A stretch of 64,000 bases of DNA from positions 2,656,001 through 2,720,000 of the forward strand of contig CAXXHB010000003.1 in the NCBI GenBank assembly GCA_963664815.2. Reading direction: 5' to 3'. The notes below the pieces were generated by a model. The model made no database searches, had not been told where the DNA came from, and saw nothing but the letters and a program-made list of their open reading frames with translations. The DNA is from Spirochaetota bacterium (lineage in GTDB: Bacteria; Spirochaetota; UBA4802; UBA5550). The translations under genes and the position numbers were made by a program. Shown piece by piece: positions 18,925 through 29,093 of this stretch (position 1 is its first letter; the number at the start of each line of letters is the position of its first letter).

Positions 18925-19339
18925 AGATAAGAACCGGTTTGAAACCGGAACTTTAAAAGGGAGAATGAAAGAAATATTATCAATTTCTTTTTTTGCATTG
19001 ATTGCTGTATTTGTTTCCATTTTATTATCTGATATTATATTTTTTCCTATTGCATATTATTCAGTCCGTAACGTTGATATTTTTAATATACTTTTTAAAT
19101 ATACAGGTCTATCTGTCATCTCCATCTTGATGATTACATTACTATATTTTAAAGTAAGATCACTTAACAGGGACGGATATACAGCCGGTTCGATTATTAT
19201 TTATGTTATCAGGCGGCCCTTTCAATACCTTGGTTTTTTTATTTTTGTTCTTTTACTGATATCATTGCTTATAATACTTACATATTTTTTATTCAGTTCA
19301 AATTACTACCATCTGCATAGAATAGCCGGCGGTGCATAA
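18914..19339 (+). CDS. Hypothetical membrane protein (about 3 TM helices)
   Basis: Three hydrophobic stretches; overlaps the HEAT gene stop; 2 nt before the next gene. Confidence 0.7.
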   Translation: MMNEDKNRFETGTLKGRMKEILSISFFALIAVFVSILLSDIIFFPIAYYSVRNVDIFNILFKYTGLSVISILMITLLYFKVRSLNRDGYTAGSIIIYVIRRPFQYLGFFIFVLLLISLLIILTYFLFSSNYYHLHRIAGGA

Positions 19340-19341
19340 AT

Positions 19342-20292
19342 ATGGCGATTAAAACTTTCGATAAATATTTCTGGAATCTGCCACAGTTAAGCAGGGAAGA
19401 TGATTTTGATAAATTCTGGGAAAAATCTATTTCGGATATAAAGAAAGTTCCCATCGAACCGGAAATAAAAGATAATCACAGGAAATACACATCAAAATTC
19501 AAGGCATATGATATTTACTACAATGGCTTTCTTAAAGCAAGAGTAAAAGGTGTACTTTATGTACCAAAAAAAAATGAAAAGAGCCGTGTGATTATCCACC
19601 TTCATGACTACAACAGATACCCTGATAAAAGTATTGCCAAGGTTCTTTCAGATAAAACTGCACACCTCTTCCTCATAATGAGGGGACATGATATTATTGA
19701 AAACAGGACTGAAGAGGAAGAGGCACAGGAAAGACCTCTCGGCTTTATAGTAGAGAATATTATCGATATGGAAACATACTATGCCCGATCGGTTTACCTT
19801 GATGTATATAGATCTATAGATTTTCTCAGACTTGTTAACTTTATAGATTGCAGTAAAATTGGGATTTATGGTAAAGGTTTCGGCGCAGCTGCAGGTTTTT
19901 TCACAGCAGTCTATTCACAGAGAATTGGTGCTATCGTAATGGACTCGCCGTTATTCTGCAACCTTCCTCTCAGTCAGAATATCTCACTCAGCGATACATC
20001 CCGAGAAATTAATGATATAATAAATGTACAGAAAGCAAAAAAGCATCAAATTAAAAAAAATCTTACATACTTTGATATAATCAATTTTTCACACAACCTT
20101 ACATGCCCTGCTCTTTTCATCACTGGACTGCAGGATGAAATATCACCCGCTGAATGTGTAATGGGTTTATTCAACAATATTCAGGGAGAAAAAACCATTG
20201 AGGTCTATCCCGACAGCGGGAATGAAGCTGGTGGAGAATCTCAAAGGATAAAAGCTATACACTGGCTTTCAGATATAATCCTCGCTGATTAA
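19342..20292 (+). CDS. Acetyl xylan esterase (CE7/AXE1)-like alpha/beta hydrolase with catalytic residues substituted
   Basis: DDFDKFW, YLDVYRSIDFL, LTYFD..NF, GLQDEISP; nucleophile elbow reads GKGFG. Confidence 0.8.
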   Translation: MAIKTFDKYFWNLPQLSREDDFDKFWEKSISDIKKVPIEPEIKDNHRKYTSKFKAYDIYYNGFLKARVKGVLYVPKKNEKSRVIIHLHDYNRYPDKSIAKVLSDKTAHLFLIMRGHDIIENRTEEEEAQERPLGFIVENIIDMETYYARSVYLDVYRSIDFLRLVNFIDCSKIGIYGKGFGAAAGFFTAVYSQRIGAIVMDSPLFCNLPLSQNISLSDTSREINDIINVQKAKKHQIKKNLTYFDIINFSHNLTCPALFITGLQDEISPAECVMGLFNNIQGEKTIEVYPDSGNEAGGESQRIKAIHWLSDIILAD

Positions 20293-20299
20293 AATTCTG

Positions 20300-20965
20300 T
20301 CAGACTATCTTTTCATCCATTATATAGGGCACAAATGTCGCTCTTCCGATTATCTCTTCAAAATATTCAGTTTCACTTTTTTTAACATACCTCTTTATCT
20401 GGTGATTTTTCCCCAGTTCATCAACCGGAATGACGAGAATACCGCCGATATTCAGTTTTTCCAGAAGATCAGCCGGAAAAATTCTTACTCCGGCCGATAC
20501 AATAATTCTGTCAAAAAGACTTTCAATTATATTAAAATCATCACCACAAATAACCTTTACTTCGTACCCGAGATTTTTCAGAACAGCTTTAGAACGCTCG
20601 GCAAGTTCAGGGATTCGTTCCATCGCGGTAATCTCCCCTGCCAGTTCTGCAAGTACAGCTGCCTGGTAACCTGAGCCTGATCCGATTTCAAAAACCTTCT
20701 CATCTCCTGTCAATCTGAGAGACTGAACCATTGAGGCTACAACCGATGGTGTTGAAATAGTCTGTCCAAAACCTATAGGGAGAGAAGTATCATCATAAGC
20801 CCTGTAACACAGAGCTTCCGACACAAACTGATCCCTTGGAACTCTCATCATAGCTTCCAGAACCGACCCGGATGATATCCCCTTCTGTTCCAACTTTATC
20901 ACCATGTTCCTTCTGGCGTTGAACATTTTGTCGCTGTTATGGTACAAAATACCCTCCCCACTCAT
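20300..20965 (-). CDS. pcm: Protein-L-isoaspartate O-methyltransferase
   Basis: VPRDQFV, AY.D.SLPIGFGQTIS.P, EIGSGSGYQAAVLAEL. Confidence 0.93.
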   Translation of the reverse strand: MSGEGILYHNSDKMFNARRNMVIKLEQKGISSGSVLEAMMRVPRDQFVSEALCYRAYDDTSLPIGFGQTISTPSVVASMVQSLRLTGDEKVFEIGSGSGYQAAVLAELAGEITAMERIPELAERSKAVLKNLGYEVKVICGDDFNIIESLFDRIIVSAGVRIFPADLLEKLNIGGILVIPVDELGKNHQIKRYVKKSETEYFEEIIGRATFVPYIMDEKIV

Positions 20966-22973
20966 GGCCTATCTGACCTTTATATTTCACTTCAAGCTTG
21001 ACATCAACCCACCAGCCCGTAAAAGACGGGAGTTTATATGTATTATACACAATCACATACCTGTATTCTTCCGATGTTTTCACATCACCATATATTCTTC
21101 TTAAACTGTCTATTTCCGATGGCTGTATTACCCTCCCTCCGGTTTCTGTTGCAATTCTTGCAATATCATGATCAGCCTTTTTAAGTGATATAATGTATAC
21201 AGGCACATAATGCTCATTTGCATAATTTATGATTGTATCCGGAGTATATTGTTTAAAGGAGTCATCTGCAACCACACCATCCGTTATAAGCAAGACACCC
21301 CTCCTGTCCAGTCTGGGGATCAGGTCTGTTATTGCCTGATAAAGAGCTACACCTGTCTGTTTACCGCTTTTGTACTCCACCTTTTCAAGTGCGGCAAGTG
21401 TTCGCCTCCTGCTCCAGTCAAAGTTATTCCCCTGCCAAACCTGTTCATTGTAATTAAGAAGTTCTACTTTGTCATTTTTCCTCATCACCTTGAGTATAAA
21501 CTCCGCCAGCCACGGGAAATCCTTGTGATATACACTCATCTCTGAAGAACGGTCAATTGCCATTACAAATGAGGCTGATGTAATCTTTCGTTTTAAATAA
21601 TCCGTCTGGAAATTTATTATTTCCGAGTTGTCTTCCGTAATGCTGAAATTTTCAGGTCTTAATCCATATATTGCCCTTCCGTCTCTTCCTTTAACATTAA
21701 CATAGAATGCTACTACAGGAAAACTTGCTGCATCTACCGATGTAATTTCAAGTTCAAGATTGGAATACTGTTTCTCTGCCGGTGAAAAAAGATATATGCT
21801 GTTTGGCCTGGATTCAAGTACATAAAAGAAACCATCCTGATCAAAAATTGAAGAGAGCGGTCTGTTCAGTTTCCTCTCCTTGTCCCATTCCCCACCTTTA
21901 TTCCATGAACTGAAAACAGTTTTTGCGCCGCTTATAGTATCATAAATTATTACACCCGTTTTTTCATCGGAGATTACAAGACTGTTCCCTTTAACCGATA
22001 TTCCGCGCGGCGACTGAAGCTCATCCATGAATATCTCCTTTATGTAATTACCGTAATTATCAAATACTAAAATCTTTTTATTCGCCGTATCTGTTACGTA
22101 AACATTCTCACCGATAACTGCAATATCCGTTGGATTCGCGAGCTCACTCTCATAATCTCCCATTTTACCGAAGCTCAGCACAAAACGTCCAGATACATCA
22201 AACTTCTGGATCCTGTAATTACCTCCATCAACAACATATAAAAAACCTTTACCGTCAAAACATACACCTTTAGGACCGTGAAAAAGTCCTTCACTGTTTC
22301 CGGTTCCACCGAATTTTTTCAGAATTTTACCTTTCTCGGAAAAAATATATATCATATCGCCTTTAAAATCTGAAACAACAAACGTTCTGTTAAAAAAATC
22401 TATGCCGTAAAGCCCACCTCCAAACCCGGGTCTTATAATATCTTCACCTGTCCCGTTAGGGTCTATTTTAACAACTTTTGATGTTGAGAAAGATGTTATA
22501 TACAGATTTCTCTCCCCATCAACTGCCATATCAGCAGCATCAGGAAACGAGTATTTTTTCATTTCATTCGATTTATATTCACTTTGAAGAAGATAATTTA
22601 TTTCTCCTTCATCATTGCTGTGTGCATTTCTGAAATGGAGGCTCTCTATTCTGTTTTTAACAGCAAGATTATCAGGATATATTTCCAGTGTTTTATTCAG
22701 TTCAGCAAGAGCACTTTCCTTAAAACCAGAGAGTTTATATGAACGTGCAAGATAATCTCTAGCAGTATAATAATCCGGATATTCCTGAACCGCCCTTCTG
22801 AAAAAATCTGCAGCCGCAAGATACTGCATCTTGTTAAAATAAACCACACCTTTCCTGAAATAGTTTTTTGCAGATTCAAACTTTTCCGGGCTGACTGCCG
22901 GATAAACTGAAACAATCGGCGCTAGCGTAAACAGAAAAACGTAAAAAAGCAGAAGTATTTTTTTAAACCTCAT
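20937..22973 (-). CDS. Exported TPR + NHL beta-propeller + vWA-like protein (alternative start 23015)
   Basis: Signal peptide, TPR pair, NHL repeats (FHGPKGVCFD..LYVVD.GNYRIQKFD), vWA-like IDRSS/ITDG/IATETGG. Confidence 0.82.
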   Translation of the reverse strand: MRFKKILLLFYVFLFTLAPIVSVYPAVSPEKFESAKNYFRKGVVYFNKMQYLAAADFFRRAVQEYPDYYTARDYLARSYKLSGFKESALAELNKTLEIYPDNLAVKNRIESLHFRNAHSNDEGEINYLLQSEYKSNEMKKYSFPDAADMAVDGERNLYITSFSTSKVVKIDPNGTGEDIIRPGFGGGLYGIDFFNRTFVVSDFKGDMIYIFSEKGKILKKFGGTGNSEGLFHGPKGVCFDGKGFLYVVDGGNYRIQKFDVSGRFVLSFGKMGDYESELANPTDIAVIGENVYVTDTANKKILVFDNYGNYIKEIFMDELQSPRGISVKGNSLVISDEKTGVIIYDTISGAKTVFSSWNKGGEWDKERKLNRPLSSIFDQDGFFYVLESRPNSIYLFSPAEKQYSNLELEITSVDAASFPVVAFYVNVKGRDGRAIYGLRPENFSITEDNSEIINFQTDYLKRKITSASFVMAIDRSSEMSVYHKDFPWLAEFILKVMRKNDKVELLNYNEQVWQGNNFDWSRRRTLAALEKVEYKSGKQTGVALYQAITDLIPRLDRRGVLLITDGVVADDSFKQYTPDTIINYANEHYVPVYIISLKKADHDIARIATETGGRVIQPSEIDSLRRIYGDVKTSEEYRYVIVYNTYKLPSFTGWWVDVKLEVKYKGQIGHEWGGYFVP

Positions 22974-23363
22974 TACCTTTGTACCAGCTCTTTTAATTTT
23001 ATTAATAAAAGGCATACCTTTTTGGGGACTCCATAATTATTATCGACAATTCCTTTAAAAATTTCATGTTAATATGACATAATATTATTCCTCCTGTCAA
23101 TAATATTTGACAATTATTGATTATACAGAATAATTAAAACATGGATTACCTGAATTTTTCTTTATCATTTTTTTTACTTCTTTTACAAAACTGCTCCTCT
23201 CTCTCCGGGAAGCACTGCTTTGACAAACCCAATATTGCGTTGCAGAAAAATTTAATGCATACAACAAATCATTCCTCATATTTATTAATCAGTTTTCAAT
23301 ACACCCATTCACATAAAATTGTAATCAGCTTTCAGAAAACAGAAATTTTTTATTTATAAATCT

Positions 23364-24602
23364 ATGACAACAACCGCACTTATAATCTTTATTGGTACAT
23401 ACATCGGAATAATATTTACACGTCTTCCATGGATAAACGTAGACAGACCCTCTTCGTCGTTTTTCGGGGCGGTAGCAATGGTTTTATTCGGCATCTTCAC
23501 ATTCGATGAGGCAATCAGGGTAATAGATTTTAATACAATTTCCTTACTTATAGGAATGATGATAATTATTTCTGTACTAGAACTGGATGGATTTTTTGCA
23601 TTAATCGCCAATAAAACAATTACTCTAGCAAAAAATGAACGAAGACTTCTCCTGATTATTATATTCACTACCGGTATTTCAAGCGCTTTTCTTGTCAACG
23701 ACGCGGTTGTTCTTCTTTATACTCCTATTGTTATATCAATCTGCCGTGATTCAAAAATAAATCCGGTTCCTTACCTCATTGCTGAAATTCTTGCTTCAAA
23801 TACGGGAAGTGCAATGACAATAACCGGAAATCCGCAAAACATGCTTATTGGATTAAACTCGGGGATTTCATATTCCAGATTTCTTATTCACCTTATGCCT
23901 GTTTCATTTTCAGGAATGATATTAATTTATTTTGTTATAAAGTTTATCTATCCTGAAAACTTCCGAGTAATAAATCCGGTGAACCCGCATGCAGGTTCAT
24001 ATGAATACAACTATCTTTCAATGAAATTTTCAGCGCCGATATTTGTTCTTGTTATTATTCTGTTCTTTATCAATGGTGAAACCGGACTTTCAATACCGGT
24101 CATCTCACTTATCGGCGCTTCGCTCATACTGATTTTCGGAAAGATAAAACCATCCGAGATTATTAAGAATATTGACTGGGTGCTTATTCTTTTTTTCTCC
24201 ACCCTGTTTATAGTTGTTGGAGGTATAGAAAAAACCGGTATTATTCAGCGTGTACTTAACGCATATAGGATAACCCCGGATCTTCATGGTATTGGAGTTA
24301 TTCACATCATAAGCCTCATACTCTCGCAGATCGTAAGTAATGTGCCATTCACAATACTGATGATACCTATTCTTAAAAGTTCAGGAAATAACATTATCTG
24401 GCTTTCCCTTGCTTCAGCATCGACATTAGCCGGAAATGCTACAATATTCGGAGCGATGGCAAACATTATTGTTATTGAATCAGCAAAAAAACAAAACATA
24501 AATATTTCGTTTTTTGAGTTTTTCAAAGCAGGAATTATTGTTACTATGCTTACTCTGCTTCTTTCTATTTTCTTTCTGTATATCCAGATTTCTGTGATTT
24601 AA
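23364..24602 (+). CDS. SLC13/ArsB/CitMHS-type (IT superfamily) anion permease
   Basis: SAFLVND, SNTGSAMTITGNPQNMLI, VSNVP, TLAGNATIFGAMANIIV; many TM helices. Confidence 0.88.
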   Translation: MTTTALIIFIGTYIGIIFTRLPWINVDRPSSSFFGAVAMVLFGIFTFDEAIRVIDFNTISLLIGMMIIISVLELDGFFALIANKTITLAKNERRLLLIIIFTTGISSAFLVNDAVVLLYTPIVISICRDSKINPVPYLIAEILASNTGSAMTITGNPQNMLIGLNSGISYSRFLIHLMPVSFSGMILIYFVIKFIYPENFRVINPVNPHAGSYEYNYLSMKFSAPIFVLVIILFFINGETGLSIPVISLIGASLILIFGKIKPSEIIKNIDWVLILFFSTLFIVVGGIEKTGIIQRVLNAYRITPDLHGIGVIHIISLILSQIVSNVPFTILMIPILKSSGNNIIWLSLASASTLAGNATIFGAMANIIVIESAKKQNINISFFEFFKAGIIVTMLTLLLSIFFLYIQISVI

Positions 24603-24705
24603 TTGAATTAATAAAGACATTTTTAAAATTTTTTGAAACCTTATTGACATTACAACAGCAGGTTTATTATGTACCCGTTTTTAATTCTTGAAAGGGGGGT
24701 TTACA

Positions 24706-26373
24706 TTGTTCAAACCTAAATTTTTTGTTCTTCTTAATACCTATACACGTGAACAGATTCTAAAAGATATTACATCAGGGATTGTTGTAGCAATAATTGC
24801 TCTCCCTCTCTCAATTGCCCTTGCTATTGCTTCGGGTGCAACACCGGAGAAAGGTCTTCACACCGCAATTATTGCCGGTTTTCTTATTTCTTTTCTCGGG
24901 GGAAGTCGTGTTCAGATTGGCGGTCCTACAGGTGCCTTCGTTATTATTGTTTTCGGCATCATCCAGAAATATGGATTTGACGGTTTGCTTATTGCTACTA
25001 TTATGGCCGGTTTTTTTCTTATTGCATTTGGTCTTTTAAAGTTGGGAACCTTTATCAGACTTATACCATATCCAATAACCACAGGTTTCACAAGCGGTAT
25101 TGCTGTTGTTATCTTTACTACACAGATTAAGGATTTTTTTGGTCTCTCTATTGCCAGAATGCCATCAGGTTTTTTTTCAATGTGGAAATCATTTATTCTC
25201 AATATACATACCATGAACTACTGGGCAGTCATAATTGCATTTATTTCACTTGTCTTAATTCTTTTCTGGCCAAAAATTACTTCCAAAATACCAGGTTCTC
25301 TCGTCGCTGTAATTGGTGCCTCAGCTGTTGTTTATTTATTTAACATTCCTGTCGAAACAATCGGTTCAAAATTCGGGGAAATATCCTCTTCCCTCCCCTC
25401 TTTATCTCTTCCTGATGTTTCAATTGAAAAGATAGAACAGCTTATTATGCCATCTATAACTATCGCACTTCTTGCAGGAATTGAATCTCTTTTATCGGCA
25501 GTTGTCGCTGATGGTATGATAGGAGGTTCACATAAACCGAACGCCGAACTTGTAGCTCAGGGTGTGGCAAATATTGCCTCTGGAGTTTTTGGCGGTCTTC
25601 CGGCCACAGGAGCAATTGCCCGTACAGCAGCAAACGTGAACAACGGGGGAAGAACCCCTATAGCAGGCATGACTCATGCAATAGTTCTTCTTATAATGCT
25701 GGTTGCATTTATGCCTCTTGCAAAATTCATACCCATGTGTACACTGGCGGCAATCCTTGTAAATGTCGCATATAACATGAGTGAATGGCATGCTTTCAAA
25801 GCGCTTCTTAAAGCGCCTAAAAGCGACATCACAGTTCTTCTTACAACATTCTTCTTAACGGTATTTCTTGATCTGGTTGTTGCAATAGAAATAGGGATGA
25901 TTTTTGCAGCGCTTCTGTTTATGAAAAGGATGTCTGATGTTACGAACGAAGGTTTCAAATTCACTCATGACAGAGTCGATGATGATGACATGGAACTGAA
26001 GTATTTCATTGAAAGAGGGAATATACATCTCCCAAAGGGAATTGGTATTTACGAAATCAACGGGCCTTTTTTCTTCGGAGTTGCCGATCAGTTTCTGGAG
26101 AACGCGCTTAAATACCGTCGCCCTGTCCCTGTCCTCATCATCCGGATGAGACACGTTCCGGCAATGGATGCTACGGGACTCCATGCACTGAGACGACTTC
26201 ATACCAAATGTTTTGAGGTTGGAACAAAAATGGTTCTTTCAGGCGTCAACGAACAACCGTTGAAAACAATGACCAGAGCAGGTTTTGTCGATATAATCGG
26301 ACCTGATAACGTCTGTCTGAATTTTGAAGCAGCTGTAAAAAGAGCAACTGAACTCAGAAAGCTTGATACATAA
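24706..26373 (+). CDS. SulP/SLC26 anion (possibly dicarboxylate) transporter with STAS domain
   Basis: GGSRVQIGGPTGAF, IESLLSAVVADGM, ATGAIARTAAN, STAS GPFFFG/MDATG; TTG start after a G-rich RBS. Confidence 0.92.
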   Translation: MFKPKFFVLLNTYTREQILKDITSGIVVAIIALPLSIALAIASGATPEKGLHTAIIAGFLISFLGGSRVQIGGPTGAFVIIVFGIIQKYGFDGLLIATIMAGFFLIAFGLLKLGTFIRLIPYPITTGFTSGIAVVIFTTQIKDFFGLSIARMPSGFFSMWKSFILNIHTMNYWAVIIAFISLVLILFWPKITSKIPGSLVAVIGASAVVYLFNIPVETIGSKFGEISSSLPSLSLPDVSIEKIEQLIMPSITIALLAGIESLLSAVVADGMIGGSHKPNAELVAQGVANIASGVFGGLPATGAIARTAANVNNGGRTPIAGMTHAIVLLIMLVAFMPLAKFIPMCTLAAILVNVAYNMSEWHAFKALLKAPKSDITVLLTTFFLTVFLDLVVAIEIGMIFAALLFMKRMSDVTNEGFKFTHDRVDDDDMELKYFIERGNIHLPKGIGIYEINGPFFFGVADQFLENALKYRRPVPVLIIRMRHVPAMDATGLHALRRLHTKCFEVGTKMVLSGVNEQPLKTMTRAGFVDIIGPDNVCLNFEAAVKRATELRKLDT

Positions 26374-26426
26374 TAGATATATTTAATATACACTCAAAGA
26401 CATGAATTGCGGATTTCCAAAAACAA

Positions 26427-26526
26427 AAGGGGCTGACCTGTACGATTATTATTTGTCATTCCGGTTGTAATATAACAAAGCAGCAAAATGGCAAAATTAA
26501 CAAATCGCTTTACAGGCAGACCCCTT
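26427..26526 (+). ncRNA. Candidate ~100-nt rod-like structured RNA, or long bidirectional terminator, between convergent genes
   Basis: Nested stems aagggg/cccctt, ctg/cag, cctgta/tacagg, cgatt/aatcg, tttgtcatt/aatggcaaa (G-U on + strand), ttgt/acaa. Confidence 0.4.
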
Positions 26527-26552
26527 CCCTGTTTTTACGACAAATTGTAAAT

Positions 26553-28727
26553 CTAAAGCCTGTTATTATTTCTTAAAGCGAAAACTATAAGTTTTCTTAA
26601 TATCTTTTCCCTGCCTGATTTTGGCCTGGTAAGCTCCATTCTCTCAAGATAACTCGCAGCTGCCTTAGGAACGGGCCTGAACATTTCGGCAATCACACCC
26701 CGTATCATCCTGCCCGGGTCTCCTGCACTAAGCGCTTTTAATCCTTTAAGAGAACTTCCAAGAATAATATCTTCCATGTTCAAATCTGTACCAAAGGGGA
26801 ATGGCTGGAAAAACCCCTTCTCCTGATATGGCTTAAGTGTTGATGCTATCTTTTCCGGTGTATTGTTGCGATACTCTTCCGGAATTTCATAATTCACAGG
26901 AATCTTTTTTGCTTTTTTAGCCTGATCAAGAAGTTCATTCTGGAATCTTGAATCAGCAATATTAATCAGCTCGGCAATTACCTCTTTATCAGGTCTACCC
27001 CTTACATCGGCAATACCATACTCCGTAATTATTATATCACGCAGATGTCTCGGAACCGAACAATGTCCATAACTGAACACGATGTTAGATTTCAGGGTTT
27101 TCCCGGATCCTTTGATACTCTTGATCATCATAATAAGCCTTGCATCCGGAAGCGCATGCGCCATCGCCACAAAATTATACTGCCCGCCAATACCGCTTAC
27201 AACTCTTCCATCCTGAAGCTGATCTGAAGCTATCGCTCCGAGTACGGTTGCGGTCATGCCTGTATTTATAAATCTTCCATCCTTCCTCTGAAGAGCACGC
27301 AACTCCTCTCCTCCATAAAGCTGATTTACTTTATCAACTCCAGACATCCCAAATACCTTTCTCTCCTCTTCACTCATATCATTGAGCCACTTATAAAATG
27401 ATTGAGGCCCAAGAAAGAACGCGCCAAGTATAACCTGACCATTCAGGAGTTCCTTCCCCAGCAGTTTGCGTATCTCAGTTTTTGCATTAATATCATTCAT
27501 ATCAACAGAAAATGAAGCACCACCATCTATGATAGTTCCATTCTGGAACTTGAGCCCGCTTTTCAGTATTCCGAACTCAGTCAGAAAGTTGAAATCATCT
27601 TCTTCAATTTTTGAATGAACCGCCTTCAGCTGAACCAGCTTATCAATAATATCCGACGGAATATTGTCAGCATCAAGCTCGCCATTATTAATAAGTTTCA
27701 TAAGTGGTATGCTCTCAAAAACCTTTCTCTTCAGGATTTTACTTTTGTACAAATGCATAAAAGCAGCAACGAACATCTCCGAAGAACCATATAATCCATG
27801 TTTGAAAACATCCGTTCCACCCCATTTACTAATCAGGTTTCCATACCTTTTTTTAATTCCTGCATTTTCAAGCATCTCATTATAGATGTCATTATGATCG
27901 TGCCGCATCTGAAGACCGGCAACTATGGCATCTCCAAGTGCCCCTATTCCAACCTGAATTGTTCCTCCATCCCTTAAGAGTGTACTGACATTAATCCCTA
28001 TCATATGGTCAGCTGCAGAAACTGCATCGTGGGGTGCGCCGAATAATTTATAATTAAACTGTTCACCCTGAAGAAGTATATCCCACGTATCCTGCGGAAC
28101 CAGTGCATCTCCATACATAAATGGCAGATTCTCATTCACTTCTGCAACTACCGCAACTTTTCTTCCTTTTTCACGTTCCTTCTTCAATAAATGAATGCCG
28201 TAGATAGAAGTATCCGTATTACATGCCATGGAATAAATTCTTTTCCCGTCAACAACTCTTGTACTTACCATCTGCCCATAAACATTTACACCAAAATTCA
28301 GTGCATCACGGGCAGTATGTGTATAATTTGAACAAATATGATTCTGCTGGGCTATTTCATGATTCAGGTTTGCACCGGCTTTGTTGAAAAATTCAAATAA
28401 TTCAACATTCTCCGGAAGCTTTCCATCCTTGAAATCTCTGTAACAATCAAGTTCAACAACTCCGTCGAAAACCCTCTCCGAAATTCCTTTAAGAAATCTC
28501 TTTTCAATTTCAGTATGCCCTCTTGGTTTTTCAAGGGGCAGTGCCAGGATAAGCTGAAAGCTTAATGTTTTATCCTCTTTTGCACGCCGGTAAAACTCAT
28601 TTACAAAAAGATTAGGCTTGCCCAGAGCAAGAGGTATGCAAAGCTTGATGTCTTTCCCGACATAATTAATTACATCATCTACACTTTTTTTTACATCATT
28701 ATACACCTGTCCAGTCTTTCCATCCAT
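26553..28727 (-). CDS. Long-form acetyl-CoA hydrolase/CoA-transferase, paralog A
   Basis: LALGKP, DGGTIQVGIGALGDA, SEMF (catalytic Glu), VVSGIGGQYNFVAM, TEYGIADVRG. Confidence 0.88.
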   Translation of the reverse strand: MDGKTGQVYNDVKKSVDDVINYVGKDIKLCIPLALGKPNLFVNEFYRRAKEDKTLSFQLILALPLEKPRGHTEIEKRFLKGISERVFDGVVELDCYRDFKDGKLPENVELFEFFNKAGANLNHEIAQQNHICSNYTHTARDALNFGVNVYGQMVSTRVVDGKRIYSMACNTDTSIYGIHLLKKEREKGRKVAVVAEVNENLPFMYGDALVPQDTWDILLQGEQFNYKLFGAPHDAVSAADHMIGINVSTLLRDGGTIQVGIGALGDAIVAGLQMRHDHNDIYNEMLENAGIKKRYGNLISKWGGTDVFKHGLYGSSEMFVAAFMHLYKSKILKRKVFESIPLMKLINNGELDADNIPSDIIDKLVQLKAVHSKIEEDDFNFLTEFGILKSGLKFQNGTIIDGGASFSVDMNDINAKTEIRKLLGKELLNGQVILGAFFLGPQSFYKWLNDMSEEERKVFGMSGVDKVNQLYGGEELRALQRKDGRFINTGMTATVLGAIASDQLQDGRVVSGIGGQYNFVAMAHALPDARLIMMIKSIKGSGKTLKSNIVFSYGHCSVPRHLRDIIITEYGIADVRGRPDKEVIAELINIADSRFQNELLDQAKKAKKIPVNYEIPEEYRNNTPEKIASTLKPYQEKGFFQPFPFGTDLNMEDIILGSSLKGLKALSAGDPGRMIRGVIAEMFRPVPKAAASYLERMELTRPKSGREKILRKLIVFALRNNNRL

Positions 28728-29051
28728 TGAACACCTTCCATTCTGATAGATTTTTATTTTAAGAATAAAAAAATCGGCCTAAAACAGGAATTTTAGGATT
28801 AAAACTCTACATATATCAATACATATTTTTAATTATGTCAAGTAAATATACTGAACATTTATTCAATAATGTAAAAAATTTGACATTCCAGCAATAACGT
28901 CATTTAAAATTCTATAGAGTTATTATATAGAATAAAATTCCGAAGATGAACATCTGTTTATTAAAATATTTATATTGTGAAGCAGACGGTAAGTATTAAA
29001 GTGATTCTTTAATAAATTTTTATTTGAGTTTTTATATATTTATATAATAGA

Positions 29052-29082
29052 CAAAAAACCGGCAGTAATTGCCGGTTTTTTG
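29052..29082 (-). terminator. Rho-independent terminator of CoA-transferase paralog B
   Basis: caaaaaaccggca-gtaat-tgccggttttttg; GC stem with T tracts, 11 nt after the stop. Confidence 0.9.
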
Positions 29083-29093
29083 AATGAATAATT

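Noticed and set aside
28852-28865. TGAA-N6-TTCA TetR/FadR-like operator upstream of CoA-transferase A
   Set aside because: Only 5/7 symmetric and not evident upstream of paralog B
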